Assembly (NCBI GenBank): GCA_013239625.1
Contig: MU053881.1
Coordinates: 6,781,957 to 6,845,956 of the forward strand
From: Lama guanicoe
Lineage: Eukaryota
Direction: 5' to 3'
Length of the DNA: 64,000 nucleotides
The notes under the pieces were generated by a model that worked only from the letters and a program-made list of their open reading frames with translations, was not told the DNA's origin and ran no database searches. Below are positions 1 to 12,479 of the stretch, piece after piece. Positions within the stretch are counted from its first letter, which is position 1. Each line of letters begins with the position of its first letter. The position numbers and the translations under genes are program-made.

Positions 1-424
1 CTTGCCCTCAGGAGCTTCCATTCTCATAGGGAGGGGTGGGCAGGACATAAAGCAGTAGATAAACAAGTCAGGCCATGTCTGATGACCATAGGCACTGTAA
101 GGACATGAGAAGGGCTCCCTGTGGCAGCTGAAGGCATCCACATGAGGCTGGAGGCCTCACTGAGGAAGGGAGATTAATTCTGAAATGTGAATGGTCAGCA
201 GAAGTTCCTTATGTTTGGATTTGGGGTGAGAGAACTTGAGGTGAAGGAAATTGCAAGGCCCAGTCCCTGCAAAAGGAATGCACCTGATGGCTCCAGGCAT
301 GGAGAAGAGGAAGGGGGAGAGGTTCCAGAGGAAGCCAGGGTTGGGGTCGGGGGGGGGGTCACGGTGTGCAGGGCTTGTGGTCCTTGGCACAGAGTTTGGA
401 TTTTATGCTGAGAGCAATGAGGAG
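1..424 (-). mobile_element. LINE-2 (L2) 3' fragment
   Basis: Antisense L2-like motifs (cttgccctcaggagctt..., gcaaggcccagtccctgcaaaagg, gagtttggattttatgctgagagcaatgaggagcc); interrupted by the L1 at 439. Confidence 0.65.
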
Positions 425-438
425 CCGTGGGAGAATTT

Positions 439-847
439 CTTTTTCACTTTTTATTTTGAAAAGATGATAGGCTTCGAGGAAGTTGCAAAAAGAGTACAGA
501 AGGGTCGAGTGTACCCTTTATCCAGTGCCCCCCAATGGTGACAGCTGACAATAACCATCACTATATAATTGACAAGTACAATTGTCAGTTGTGGATTGAC
601 TTTGGTACAATCCACAGACCTTATTCAGATTTCACCAGTCTTACAGGCACTCATGAGTATGTGTGTACACATGCATGTGTGCGCACCTGTGCATGTGTGT
701 GCGAGTGTGTTTCTGTGCCCTCCTATCACGTGTGTACATTGGTGTAACCACCAGCACAGTCAAGATACCCAACAGTTCCATCATCACAAAGGAACTAACT
801 TGTCTGGGCTCCCCTTTTATAATTGCCCATCCCCCTGTCCCCTGTCA
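439..847 (-). mobile_element. Old L1 (L1MC-like) 3' end, 5'-truncated, with TSD
   Basis: T-rich tail, then L1MC-type 3'UTR text (ggtacaatccacagaccttattcagatttcaccag; gtgtaaccaccagcacagtcaagatac). Flanks ccgtgggagaattt (425-438) and ccatgggagaattt (848-861). Confidence 0.75.
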
Positions 848-2807
848 CCATGGGAGAATTTTAAGGAGCAGATTGGGAGTGGGAGGAGCTGAGAGCTCTC
901 AGCTGGGTCAAGGACATGGCCTATCCCCTTTGGATGCCCTAGAAGCCTCTCAACAAAACAGGTTCACCGTGAATACAGATTGCTTTCAATGCCCCCACTC
1001 TACAGTTGAGAAGCAAGAACAGAAAGGTTAAGCAACTGAAACAAGGTCACACAGACTTCTCATGGCTTACTGAGTGTCTCTGTTTAGATGATTCCAACAG
1101 CTTTCTGCAAAGCTTGGTGTGTTAACCATGTGTCCTGGAGAAGAAGCCAGGGAGCTACGCAGGACTCTGGCTCTACCACTTCAAGGCTTCGGCCCTTAAT
1201 CTCTTTGATTCCCCATCGCTGTGGATGCCAAGGCCTATCACCTCCCTCAAACAGTCACAGTGAGGCATTGATTAGAAAATACTTGCCAAGTGCCAAGCCT
1301 AGTAAGAAACACTTCTGTTCCCAACATGCCAGCAATTACCTGAAAGTACTGGAGAGAAATGGCTGCCCCTCCTTACCCCTCCCACTCCCTTCTCCGTGGG
1401 GAAGGTGGGGATGATCTCAATGGGACAGTGGCGAATAGCCCTCAGATCTGTAGCTCAGCCCCTTCTTATAGCTGCCTCAGCTCACCGCCCCCACCATGAC
1501 ACACATCCTGGGGCCCGCCCCCACGGCTGTGGGCTGAGGGGGCCATGCAGGAGACCCCCAGTTCTCCAGTTGCTCTGTTTGAGACCCTACGGCTAAGTTC
1601 ACTCCCTGAGGCTGGAAGTTTTGGCTTCAGGCTCCCTCCTCCAATGCAGCTCCCACAGTAATAAAGGAGGTACCTTCCTCCGCATTTAACAGCTGCAACT
1701 ATTTCTCAAGTGGTCCACAGGAAAGGAATGGGATTAGTGGTTACCTTTGAACCTCAAAACCAAGCACAGTTCTGGGCACAGAATCCCTGCCCTAAGTAAT
1801 GCCACGGTTTTGTTTAGAGTGGTTTGCTTGGAAATGCTCAGAGATGCGGGGATGTGTTTGCGAGCGAGGGAGGGCAGGGGATGAAGAGAGAGGCCGAGCA
1901 GGATGGAGACAGGGAGAGAGAGGCTAGGGGTTGGGCAGCTCCCGGGGCCTTCACAGGGCACGAGGGAGAATAGAAGGGTCAGCCGTGCCCTGGGGCCCTC
2001 CTGCAGAAGGCCATTAGCCAGGTCAGTGCCCCCACGTCTGCTCTGGCCCAGCGTCTGGCAACCACAACTCTGCAATCTTGCGACAGCACGGCTTCTCCTT
2101 TCTCAAGGGGAGTTTCTGCCTGTTTCTGGCAGCCATCTTCCATCTTTCGGGTACGTGCTGAGGTAACGGATGGAGTCCTGTTCTCCCTCCCCCTTCCTTT
2201 AGCGCCAGGAGCCTCCCAGGCTGCTCAATCACCACTAAGAGGCCATCGGGTCCGCCTCCCCGCCTGGCTAGCCTCCTGCCCTCCAGCCTCCAGGGGAGCA
2301 GACACATCCTTCCTCTCCAGCACTAATGAAATCTTCCCTCTGCTCAGTGCCTGACTGGGCTCAGGGTCAGTGTTTTTATCCACTCAGCTCAGCCCTGTGC
2401 TCCGGCTGCACCCACACCTCATCACAGACAGGCCCAGCTGAGCCCACAGGGCTGACTTCTCTGAGCCATCACCTCCTAGAGGCTTAAAAAGCCTACCCTG
2501 GGCTGCAGGGACTGTTGGTGTGTGAATTCGCTCCCTCTTCCGGGTCCTTGGTCAGCCTGGCATCATGCTGATTCCTGCCCCTCCAACACACATGCTCAGG
2601 ACACCCTGCCCAGGCCTCCATTCCATCTGTCTCAACCCTGTTCCTCCCTCCTGGACTCAGTCATGCTGCATCTCCCCCAGGAAGCCCTCCTGGACTTTAC
2701 CACATCACCTCCCTGTACATTCAGAGAGCTCTGATACTCGCAGTAACTGCTTGCTTCTCTGAGCCCGAACAGCCAGCCCTAGGTGTGGTTTCCTGTAGGT
2801 GCATAAA

Positions 2808-2943
2808 ATGAATCATGAATGGATGAATGGGTAACTGGGTGGATGGGTGGATGGGTGAATGAATGAATGGGTGAATGGGTAGATGGGTAGAATGGTGGAT
2901 GAATGAATGGGTGGATGAGTGGATAGATGGATGGATGAATGAG
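2808..2943 (+). repeat. (GGAT/GAAT)n degenerate simple repeat, probably an expanded L2 tail
   Basis: Mixed tgga/tgaa/tggg tetramers following an L2-3'-like segment. Confidence 0.85.
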
Positions 2944-3179
2944 TGTGCACTTATACATCTATCCTCCTCCTCTGACTCTTAACCATATGTTATTTGTTTT
3001 GCTCTTTAACTGCTTCACAGAGAACAATGATGGAAAACCATTGAAGGAAGGGACCTTTTCCTAAATGTTATTCATTCATCGCCAGGCACATTCAGTAAGT
3101 CTCATACTCTGCACATGGCACGAGGCCAGGGAAGAACTAGCAAAGAACGTCTCTGCCCTTGAGAAGCTCTGCCTGATGT

Positions 3180-3352
3180 CATGGGACTTTCTGCCTTCCT
3201 AGGACCATCTTGAAAATCTGATGGGATCTGTGGACCCTTTCCTAAGGAACACCCCCCACCCCACCACACACACACAAACTCACACATATACACACATGGA
3301 AAACATGAGTCATTTTCAAGAACTCCTAAAAGCCCCTGGCCTGGTAAGAAAC
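3180..3352. mobile_element. hAT-Charlie non-autonomous DNA transposon (MER117-like)
   Basis: ttgaaaatctgatgggatctgtggaccctttcct...cacacaca...aagcccctggcctggtaagaaac resembles the recalled consensus; subfamily uncertain. Confidence 0.45.
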
Positions 3353-3604
3353 AGAAACAAGTTAATAGACAATTTTAATATCTTTTGCTAAGGGCTTTGC
3401 CAAGAGGGCTGGATGGCTTATAATCGGGGGTCAGAGAAGATGGAGTGATTAACTCGCTTCAAGTGGGATGGTGTGTCTCAGGGAGGTTGGAATCAAGGAA
3501 GAGATTTCAGAAAGGCTGGCTTTTGAACAGTGAGCAGAAATTTACCAGGCAGGCAAAGTGAGAGGCAAGGACGGCGAACCAGCACGGGCAAAATACAGAA
3601 GCCT

Positions 3605-4229
3605 TTAGTGGTTGCTGGGAGCTGGGGAAGGAGGAGTGGGGAGTGACTGCTAAAGCACTGGGGTTTCTTTTCTGGGTGATGAAAATATTCTGTGATTATA
3701 AAGTGGTGACAGTTGCATAACTTCGTGGATATGCTAAAAATCCCTGAATTATATACTTTAAGATGGTTAATTTTATGATATGTGAATTGTGGTGGTTAAT
3801 TTTATGTGCCAATTTGGAAAAGTCAGGGTGCCCAGTTGTTTGGTCAAACAGCAGTCTAAATGTTTCTGTAAAGACATTTTTTTTTTAGATGAGATTAACA
3901 TTTAAATCAGTAAATTCTCAGTAAAGCAGATTACCCTCTGTAATGTGGGTGGGCCTCATCCAATCAGTTGAAAACCATAAGAGAAATAGACTGAAGTCCC
4001 TTGGGGAAGAGGAGATTCTGCCTCCAGGCTGTCTTAAGACTCAAGTTGCTTCCCTAGGTCTCCAGCCTACCAACCTACCTTGCAGACAGATTTCAGACTT
4101 ACCAGCTCCCACAGACATGTGAATCAATCAATCAATCAATCTCCTTCTCTCTCAATATATACATATCCTATTGGGTCTGTTTCTCTGGAGACTTCTGACT
4201 CATACCTGAATTATAGCTCAATTTTAAAA
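3605..4229 (+). mobile_element. L1MB-like 3' end split by an MLT2 LTR
   Basis: ttagtggttgc...gggtttcttttctgggtgatgaaaatattctg...ttaattttatgatatgtgaat, resuming tgaattatagctcaattttaaaa after the LTR. Confidence 0.75.
3788..4206 (+). mobile_element. MLT2 (ERVL) solo LTR
   Basis: Starts tgtggtggttaattttatgtgccaa; contains gtaaagcagattaccctc...gggcctcatccaatcagttgaa; ends tctgtttctctggag...catacc; 5-bp TSD tgaat at 3783-3787 and 4207-4211. Confidence 0.9.
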
Positions 4230-4445
4230 GGTTCATTAGTATGGGATTGATTAAGTAAATGATGGCAAAACCATAAAACACAAGTACATAGGCATCAACC
4301 AGTATGGAGCACTCAGAGTGTCACAAGACGGTTCAGCGTGGCAGGCACAGGCAGGAGAAAGCTGGTGGGGGCAGACTGGAGCAGGCGCAGACATGCATAG
4401 CCTTGATTATTGTGCCATGGCTCTATTGCCTGCAGGATAGTGAGG

Positions 4446-4870
4446 CATTAGCTAGGGTTATTTTTGGTTGCAAGCAACAGAAACCGACACTGGCTAACTT
4501 CAATAGAAGAAAGAAATTATGAGAACACAGGAGCTCACATACCCAGAAAATGCTTAACAATCGAATCCAGGACCTACCAGGAAGCAGGGCAGTTCCAGAA
4601 ATATTCACAAGTAGGGTTTCTTTAGGATAAATCAGTTACCAGTACTTTTTGTTCTAGGTTATTGTGTTCAAGCCTAGCAAAGAGAATCTGATTGGCCACA
4701 CTGGAGTCCCTGTGCCCAACCCTTAAATTAGCAGGGCAAGGCAGGACCCCTCCTATGACCTTCCTGCCAGGTGGGTGATATCGGGGAAGCAGAGTCAGGG
4801 TGATGCTGCTGGAAAAACAAATGGGAAGTAAGTGCTGGGAGGCAGATCAGCAGGAGTGCATGGTGCAGAC
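4446..4870 (-). mobile_element. Old MaLR LTR (MLT1K/L-like)
   Basis: attagctagggttatttttggttgcaagcaacagaaacc...gagaatctgattggcc matches the antisense MLT1 pattern. Confidence 0.65.
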
Positions 4871-5879
4871 AACACTGGGGTCCATGCCCAGCCAATGAAT
4901 GTGAGCAGGAGCCTGACGGTCACTGAACTGTGTTGCTGGGTCTTCATTCTAGGGTACAGTGCCCCCCTCTACCCTGGGCTGTGTCAGGACCACAGGCTGC
5001 CTGTTGCCAGGGAACAGAACTATTTAATAGGAGAACTGGAGATACTGAGGGCTTCTAGCTGGCTGGCTGGTCGAGTCACTTAGCTTCTCTGAAACTCAGT
5101 GTCCTTAGCTGACCGGCCACTGTGCCCATCTTCTAGGCTTCCTAGGAGGATTAAATGAGGAGACTCATGGGACATAGCCTGGTCCAGGGTCTGACATATT
5201 CCAAGGGCTCTGTTCTTCCTTCCTTCAGGGACCGTATCCAGCCTTGACAGCAATGCTGAATCTAGAAGAATGACGTAGGGGGCTGTGTCCAGTCAGTTTT
5301 CAATTAAATGAGACCAGCTATGATCTGAGGCTGGGCTTGAGGCCAAGGATGTGGCTCCTGGAAACAGGACTCAGCTCTTTCATCTTTAGGCTTCCTGATT
5401 TCTCCTCCGTCATGTGCCAGGCCCTGCCTAGAGGCTGCTTGCCTTCCTCTGAGGCTGTGTCCTTGGCAGCCCTTTCTCCCCAGCCCCTTTGGGATGGGAC
5501 CAGAGGCTCAGCCCCTCAGAGGCAGAGGGTGAGTCCTGTGGAGGCTCAGACCTGCCCCAGCCCCTTCACAGAATCCTGGAGGTGGTTTTCAGAATTGTCC
5601 CTGAAAATCCACATGACTTTGAAGGTAGAGGGTGCTGTTATCCTACAGGGCTCAACTCTGGGCCATCAGATACACTCTTTGTCCAGATCCTGGACCCAGA
5701 GCTGGGCTCTGAATGCTTGAGTCTGGGAAATGGAGGAAGAGGTGGGGTGAGGGAGGGGACAAAGCCACCTGCCAGAAGGAAGGTGGCATTTCTCTTGAGG
5801 CCCAGGGCAGAGGCCCCACCCAGGCCAAGATTTACGTAGGGATGTGAAGAATCATCCTTGACCCCCACTGTGTCCGGTT

Positions 5880-6180
5880 GGAGATGGAGGGTAAATAGGG
5901 CAGAAGCAGGAAAGAGAGACAGAGCCAGAGAGATGGGCAGAAAATGGAATTAAGAGAAAGAGAGAGGACCGAACACAGAGAAGTTAGAGAGATGGAGGAG
6001 ACAGAGGTAGAGAGAGGAGCCAGCTGAGAGAGATTTGAGAGGCAGAGAGGGGAGGAAAAGGAGGCGGAGAGAGGGAGAGACAGCAAGGGAGAGTGAAAGA
6101 GGAAGCAGGAGAGAAACAGGTGGACAGAAACAGAGCAGAAGGATGGAATGAAGGATGGAGAGCGAGAGATGGAGCAGGAG
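5880..6180 (+). repeat. Purine-rich (GA) low-complexity tract
   Basis: About 300 bp dominated by gaga/agag/ggag units. Confidence 0.85.
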
Positions 6181-7087
6181 TGACAATCTGGGACCTTCCG
6201 GCTCTTGCCAGCCTCCCCGGAACATGCGTGGAGCAGGAGTGTGCATGCTGGGAGTCACCCGCCAAGGCTCCGGGAGGGGCCACGTGCCTGGTTAGCTTGT
6301 TTTTGCTCTCTGATCAACGACATGCTCTAAATGATCTCCTAAAGCAGAGTGAGTGCTACAAATGCCCCCACCCACCGCCATCCCCCTGGGGAAACGTACT
6401 ATATTTATAAGGTGACTTATCTTGCTGCCACAACCCCTGGGGATCCAAGGCAGAATGCTCGTCATGGGTTCACCTTCAGAAGGCCACAGGGACCGTGGAG
6501 GCAGGTCTGGAGGAAGTGAGTGTTTGTGGAAGGAGAGATTCGGATGAGTGAGTCTGTCAGCCCAACGTCCAGGTCCAGGTGATGTCCATCCAAATGGCCG
6601 GCTGGACAGTGGAGTGATGGCCAAATAGTGCTGGCATGTCTGTGGGTGGCTTGAAGTGACTGCTTCCCCGTTGCCTCTTTTAGGATATATTTCCCAGAGG
6701 GACCAGAGAGCTTGTCTAAGAATTTCTTGTTTCTTGTGGAAGCAGAGTGATGCGGTAAAAAATGGGTTCTCTTCCTCTGGTCACAGCTCAGCCCAACATT
6801 GTGTACTGTCTTGGTCCCACATACCTCCTTTGGTTGCATTTCCCAGAGTCATAATGTTACATTTGTTGGTGAGATATTCTCATTATTATGAACATCTCTC
6901 ATGCCCAGTACAGTGTAAGCTCCACGAGAGCAAAGGTGGTGACAGGCTTGGCTCAGTGTTGTGTCGCTAGCATCATGGTACCCTCTCAAGAAACATTTAC
7001 AGAGGGAACAAACACAAACATGCCATTTTGGAGTCTAGTGAGGCTGAGATTTTTTTTTAAATAGTTGTTTTCCAAGTAAAGAAGGTG

Positions 7088-7241
7088 GGGGAGTGTATAG
7101 CTCAGTGGTAGAGTGTGTGCTTAGCATCCAAAAGGTCCTGGATTCAATCCTCAGTCCCGCCATTAAAAAATTAAGAAATAAACCCAATTACCACCACCCC
7201 TCCTAAAAAAAAATACATGAAATAAAACAACAACAATAAAA
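7088..7241 (+). mobile_element. tRNA-Ala-derived camelid SINE (Vic-1 type)
   Basis: tRNA-like head with A box (tagctcagtgg) and B box (ggattcaatcc), A-rich tail, TSD aaagaaggtg at 7078-7087 and 7242-7251; inserted in an antisense MIR. Confidence 0.9.
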
Positions 7242-8359
7242 AAAGAAGGTGAAGCTCAGAGATATAGAGACAGTAAATGACCTGAGGGACAAAGCCAGTA
7301 AGAGGAAGAGTGGGGCTTTAGCTCAAGACTCTGATTCTATAGACATCGTAACCATCACTCCGGAACCTTGTAGCCCCACGCAAATCATCACTGACAGACA
7401 TTTGCCTGAGTTATGTGGTGATTTGTACTCTCCCCTTGCATGCTAACTCCATAAAACAAGTTTGATGTCTTCAAAGAAAGAGAAGCAAGAGGGACTGTGG
7501 CAGACAAGAGAGGTGATTTTAAAATGGAGAGGCTGGTCCAGCCCATGTTAAGGGGGCTCGGAAGCTTATCTTATGCAAAGCTGAGCAATAGTCCAGTGAT
7601 GCTCACCAGAGAGCCCAATGATTGCATTTCTTCCTGGGGAGGGGATTTTGACTTTTATCCTTCTAGGCGGAAGGTCCCCAGACTCAGGTCACTGTAGATT
7701 ATTCCCAGGTAGCTCCCATCCCATGCTCATCTGCAATTTCTGGGCCTGAGTAGGTGTGGCCCCCAATAAACACCCTTCTCAAAAACCTGCAAATGAGATC
7801 TCCCACTGCCCAAACCATCCAGATTTTCAGGCAGAAGAGCCACTTTTGACCTCGTTCCTGCTTGGAAAGAAGACTAGAGTAGACAGAAGTGAAGAAAGGC
7901 TTTTTTGCTCATCTGATATTTTAAATTTAGAATTTGAGCTTAAGTCTGCCAGGGGACACATGGAATCTAGTTATGACCTATTTGAAATACTAAGACCAGG
8001 TAAACTCTCTCAGGACAAAGGGACTCGGCTGGCAGTCCTGAGGAGCATCCCAAATATACAGCTGTGGCTGTCACCAGGGCTGTATCAGCGGAGAAAGGAC
8101 TGTGGAAGAGGGTTTTGAAATTTACTACAATTTTGGAGATAAATCTCTGTCTCCCTCTCCCTCTCTGTCTCTGACAGACTTGGCCTTGGACTTTGCTTCA
8201 CTCTCACAGCATACCTAATAAAATCTTCCATAATTCTGCCAGGATTCTGTGGACTTTTAAAATATCAGTGCTCAAGCACCAGCAAAGGCAAATTACATCA
8301 GAATCCCTGGGGGCTCTGGCTTTTGGCAGAGGGCATGACTCTTCAAAACACCAACACCA

Positions 8360-8585
8360 CGTAAACCTGGTTCTGGGCTCTGCCGTCCATCAGCTGTGAG
8401 TCCTCGAGAAATTACTTCGATTGCCTGATCCTTGGCTTCTTCAAAGGTGAAATGAAGCAAATAATTGTGTAGATTCCATGGGATTGTTATGAGGATGTTA
8501 TGATATCAAAGCTGTAAAGAGCCTCACATTGTGGCTGGCACACAACAGGAATTCAAACGTTGGCCATTGTTGTAATTATTATTAG
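8360..8585 (+). mobile_element. MIR SINE
   Basis: ggctctgccgtccatcagctgtgag...gggattgttatgaggat...ggctggcacacaacaggaattcaaacgttggccattgttg follows the MIR core and 3' end. Confidence 0.7.
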
Positions 8586-11500
8586 TCCTCTTCGTAAATA
8601 TTGACTAATCTCTGCCCAAAAGCCTACCTTTCCTTGAGCCTTTGGGGAAAAGACATGAACTAGACCTGAAACATCCTGAGTTATGGTAGGTAGGGCAGCG
8701 CTGAGGGAAGATTAATGGAAATGTTTTGTGTTATTCAAGTGGTAGAGCTTTTCTCAGAGTGGATTCCAAGCAGACAGTGTTTCCTGTTAACAACTCTTTT
8801 AGAAGCATTACTATCTGTTCTGTTCTCCCTTGGCCTAAGACACCATTGCTAGAGGGAAGGCCAACACATCATGCTCGGTGGAAGATACAGATTGCCAAGC
8901 ATCCCATAGCCACAGCCCACCTTCTGTTAACCAGGTCGGAGGGGAGCATTTGCTTTAGCAGTTGGTAAAGGACAAGGATTCAAAAGTCACCTTGCTATAT
9001 ACACAAACAAAGACTAAGATTTAGAAATAAGGGCTCAGAAGCAAGAAAGGTCAATTGCAGTTCAGACAGGACCATGTGGACCACTTAGAAAAGGACCCAC
9101 CATGGATTAGGTCCTTCTGTCCACTATAAAAAAAAAGAACTATAAATTGCTATCATTGTAGTAAATGGGTGGGACTATTCTCAACTCTTCTTTCTGTCGT
9201 GGTAATAAATTTTAAATAAATAAGCTCCTTTAGAAATGATTAGATGTAGCGCTTTATTAAGGTATATTTGATCTTCTGCATTCTTCAGTCAACTGACCAG
9301 GCATGAATGAGACATGTCAAGTATTTGTATATGTTTATTTTATAAATACAAAACAAAATAAGAATGAGGTATCATTAACTGCTTCAAGGAGAGGTTGAAC
9401 TGTCAAGTAAGTATGTCATTGAGAAAATATTTTTGAAAACTTTATATCAGAACAACGTAACTGAGCAACGCTAAAGTTAAATTGGGAACGCTGATGTGGG
9501 CTCGACCTTACTCCCACGTCAGTCACTAAAAGTGGCTGCGGCAGCAGAGTGCTTATGTCCATCTGCCAGCTCTCATGTGCCCCTAATGTCCAGATTTTGG
9601 CTCTAATACTTTTCTCCACTGAAGGAAACAAGGGAGGTGCTTTGCAGGGTGGCCTTGGGTAGGAAGGAAGTTCCTTCTGTGACGAGAAAGCAAGGATGCT
9701 CTCGACAATGTCTCAGGGCAGCCGTGAAAGGACCAAGAAGCTGGGTTAGGGAGGCTTCCAGCGGTCAAGCTCTGGCAGTTTGAGTATAAACTTCGACTGA
9801 TAACTGTAATTAATTAAAACACATGGAATCTGTGAAGGGCTGTAAGTTCCTAATGAAGCTCCAAAGAGAAAAGTTGATATAAATTGTGCAGGAAGGGTGA
9901 GCATGATACAGTTTCATCTTATTTTTAGGAGCTACCTTGTATTATATCTGGGTGACACTATTTCTTCTTTTGAGTGGATGCTGGTTTATTAAAACATCAA
10001 GAGGCATTTTCTCTACCCTGGTGAGAAGGAAAGAGTGGGTTTTGAATACATTTAATAGTCCTGGGGAAAAAAATAGAAATCAGTAGTCATGCACAATCAC
10101 TACAAGGAACCTATAATGAGATTAGGAGAGGCTGAATCGGGCAAATGTCTTCATGAAGACAGCAAACGGCAAATTTTGATACTTGGTTTCCTAGGAAATG
10201 AAACACATCACTTTAGGAAAATCCTCTGGTTTCAGAAAAGAACAACTATGCGAAAGGCAAGGGCATTTATAACCTTAAGTGCAAAAATCTTAGGAAGACC
10301 CTTTATAGAGGTCCCAAATAAGGATCAGTAACCCAAAACTGCTGGCCTGAGATATCATTTTTTCTTTTGATTCTGGAGGGAATCTGTAATCCTAGAAGAG
10401 CTTAGGTTTGTTTTTTTTTGTTTGTTTGTTTTTTTAAATCTAATCCTAGGAAACTATCGTATTAATTCTAAGGAAGTACCTCTAAAAAAGTATAAACATA
10501 GATCTAATAAAAAATCTGATACATAGCCACAATCTATCTATCCTTTCATAATTAGTTTAAGGGTGCATGTAAGTATATATTTTTTCAATCATCTTGATGT
10601 TTTGTGTGCATTTTGGCTGACTTTTTTGGTGTTTAAAGTGCTTAGGAGAGTCTGACACACTAAACTTACAGTTTTCATTAAACCTTTTGGAGAGTGTGAT
10701 GAAACAATTTTGTAACCAATGTTTGTAAGTTTGAGAAATTCTAATCGGTCCAATTTTTAATAAGTTTTTATTTGCCAATTATGCAAATAGTGTTTGAACA
10801 TCAAGAGAAAAATTGTTTAATAGGTTCATAGGGTCAGTAAGTTGAATATTAAACGGAGCACAAAGAGGTGTGCGTGTGCCTCCTGGTGACAAACGTCCCA
10901 CGGGCATTAAAGGGCCTATCAATGCATCACAACCAAAATTCTGGGGCCCCTGAGTGGGCCAAAAAATGAGATAGTACCCTTATGGAGCCAGACTAAGAGC
11001 AGAAGGGACTGGCAATTATTGGGGTATGCTGTGCTATGCTTGCATTTTAATATGGAGATTCTTAGAGACAGAGAAAACTTCATGTCCCACAGGAATTGAT
11101 CAAATGGAGCTTTTCCAAGTCCTCCGCAGAAGATGAAAGAGGTCTTTGGAGAAGGGGTCCTAACTTCTCACCCAATTAACTCCAGTGCTCTCTGTGGGAT
11201 CTGCACCCCCAACCCGAAATTTTCCCCCCCAGCACGCTGGTATTTTTATTATTATAAATTTTAACTCAGAAAAATAGTATTTTATCAGATAGGAAACAAC
11301 AGGCCGTTTCTTGTCAATGCTTCCAGCTGGTAACCTCTTCAAAATGCCTGCGGGCAACAAGCCCCCAGTTCTCTTAGCAGCCAAAGAAGAGGGGTCCTCT
11401 CCAAAGGCCTGCCTCCTATGACAACACGACACATTTTTGGAATCCTCTGGTTTGATGCCTCCTTGACAGGTGACTTGCAATCCCAGTTTTCAAAATCCAA

Positions 11501-12479
11501 AGAAAACAAGATTAAACATTTTGGGGCAAATGCTCTGCAAATCCTGCTGACTTTTTAACTTTCCTTTCTTTTTCATTAATTGCCTCGAGAGTCTTGCATG
11601 GAACTCAGATCCGTTCTGCTGTTTCATTTGTAGGAAGTGTTCAACCCGTCAGTGTCATTTTATTCACCTTGAAAGTCCCGCCGAGCCGTAATCTTGAAAG
11701 CAAACACCTCGCAAGAACCTTTTCTTTTGCACTTTAGAGCTCACGGTGTGTACTATTTAAAAGGGACCCTGGATCCCAAAATTCTCACACGGAAACTTAG
11801 ACATGCGAGCAATTGTTCTGACGATGGAAGACTGGGCTTGCTGGGAGATGGTTCCCCTGGGAAACTGAGCCTGGGAGGCTGAACTTGGAGTTGCATGGTC
11901 CTGCAGTAAACCCTCAGGCATGGGCTGAGGTTGGAATCTCCAGAGTCATTGCGAGCGCCCAGGAGGTAAAACACCCTCCTGAGAATGGGGAATGGAGCGT
12001 CCCAGAGGCCGGCTCCACACCCTCTTCAGGACTGTCTTAGCAGTAGGTACCCGAAGGCCAAGGAAGGAAGCTTTATGTCCTACTGTGAGTGGGGCTGTGC
12101 CTCCTAGTCCATTGCAGAAGTCAAATTAAAGGAACTCATTTTCTCTGGCTATGCCTGTGATATCTTTCTGGGCATCGTGTTGCCAAATTTTATGATAATT
12201 ATGTAAAAACTAAGAAAGAAACTCGCAAAAGGTGTCAAACAAATGTGACTACCGTAAAGACTATTTGGATGAAGCCCCAATCATTACCTGACCCATCAGG
12301 CCTTGATGTAGGTGTCCTAGATTCAACCTGCTGCTCCAAGCTTCCTAGAGGCATGAAGATCCAAGATCTACCTCAATGACCCTTCCTCCCTGCAGCCCTC
12401 CCTGATGCCTCCCCACCACAAGGTGACTTGTTCCCATCCTCCTTGGATGCGTGCCTATTGGAGTTTTTGACATAACTCG

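Noticed and set aside
7088..7162. tRNA-Ala gene
   Set aside because: Stems are degraded and it is followed by an A-rich tail and TSD, so it is a SINE head. The same applies to 38978-39050.
11327..11470. Possible coding exon (ttccag...ag/gtgact)
   Set aside because: Weak splice signals, the most plausible frame hits TGA, and no partner exons are visible.
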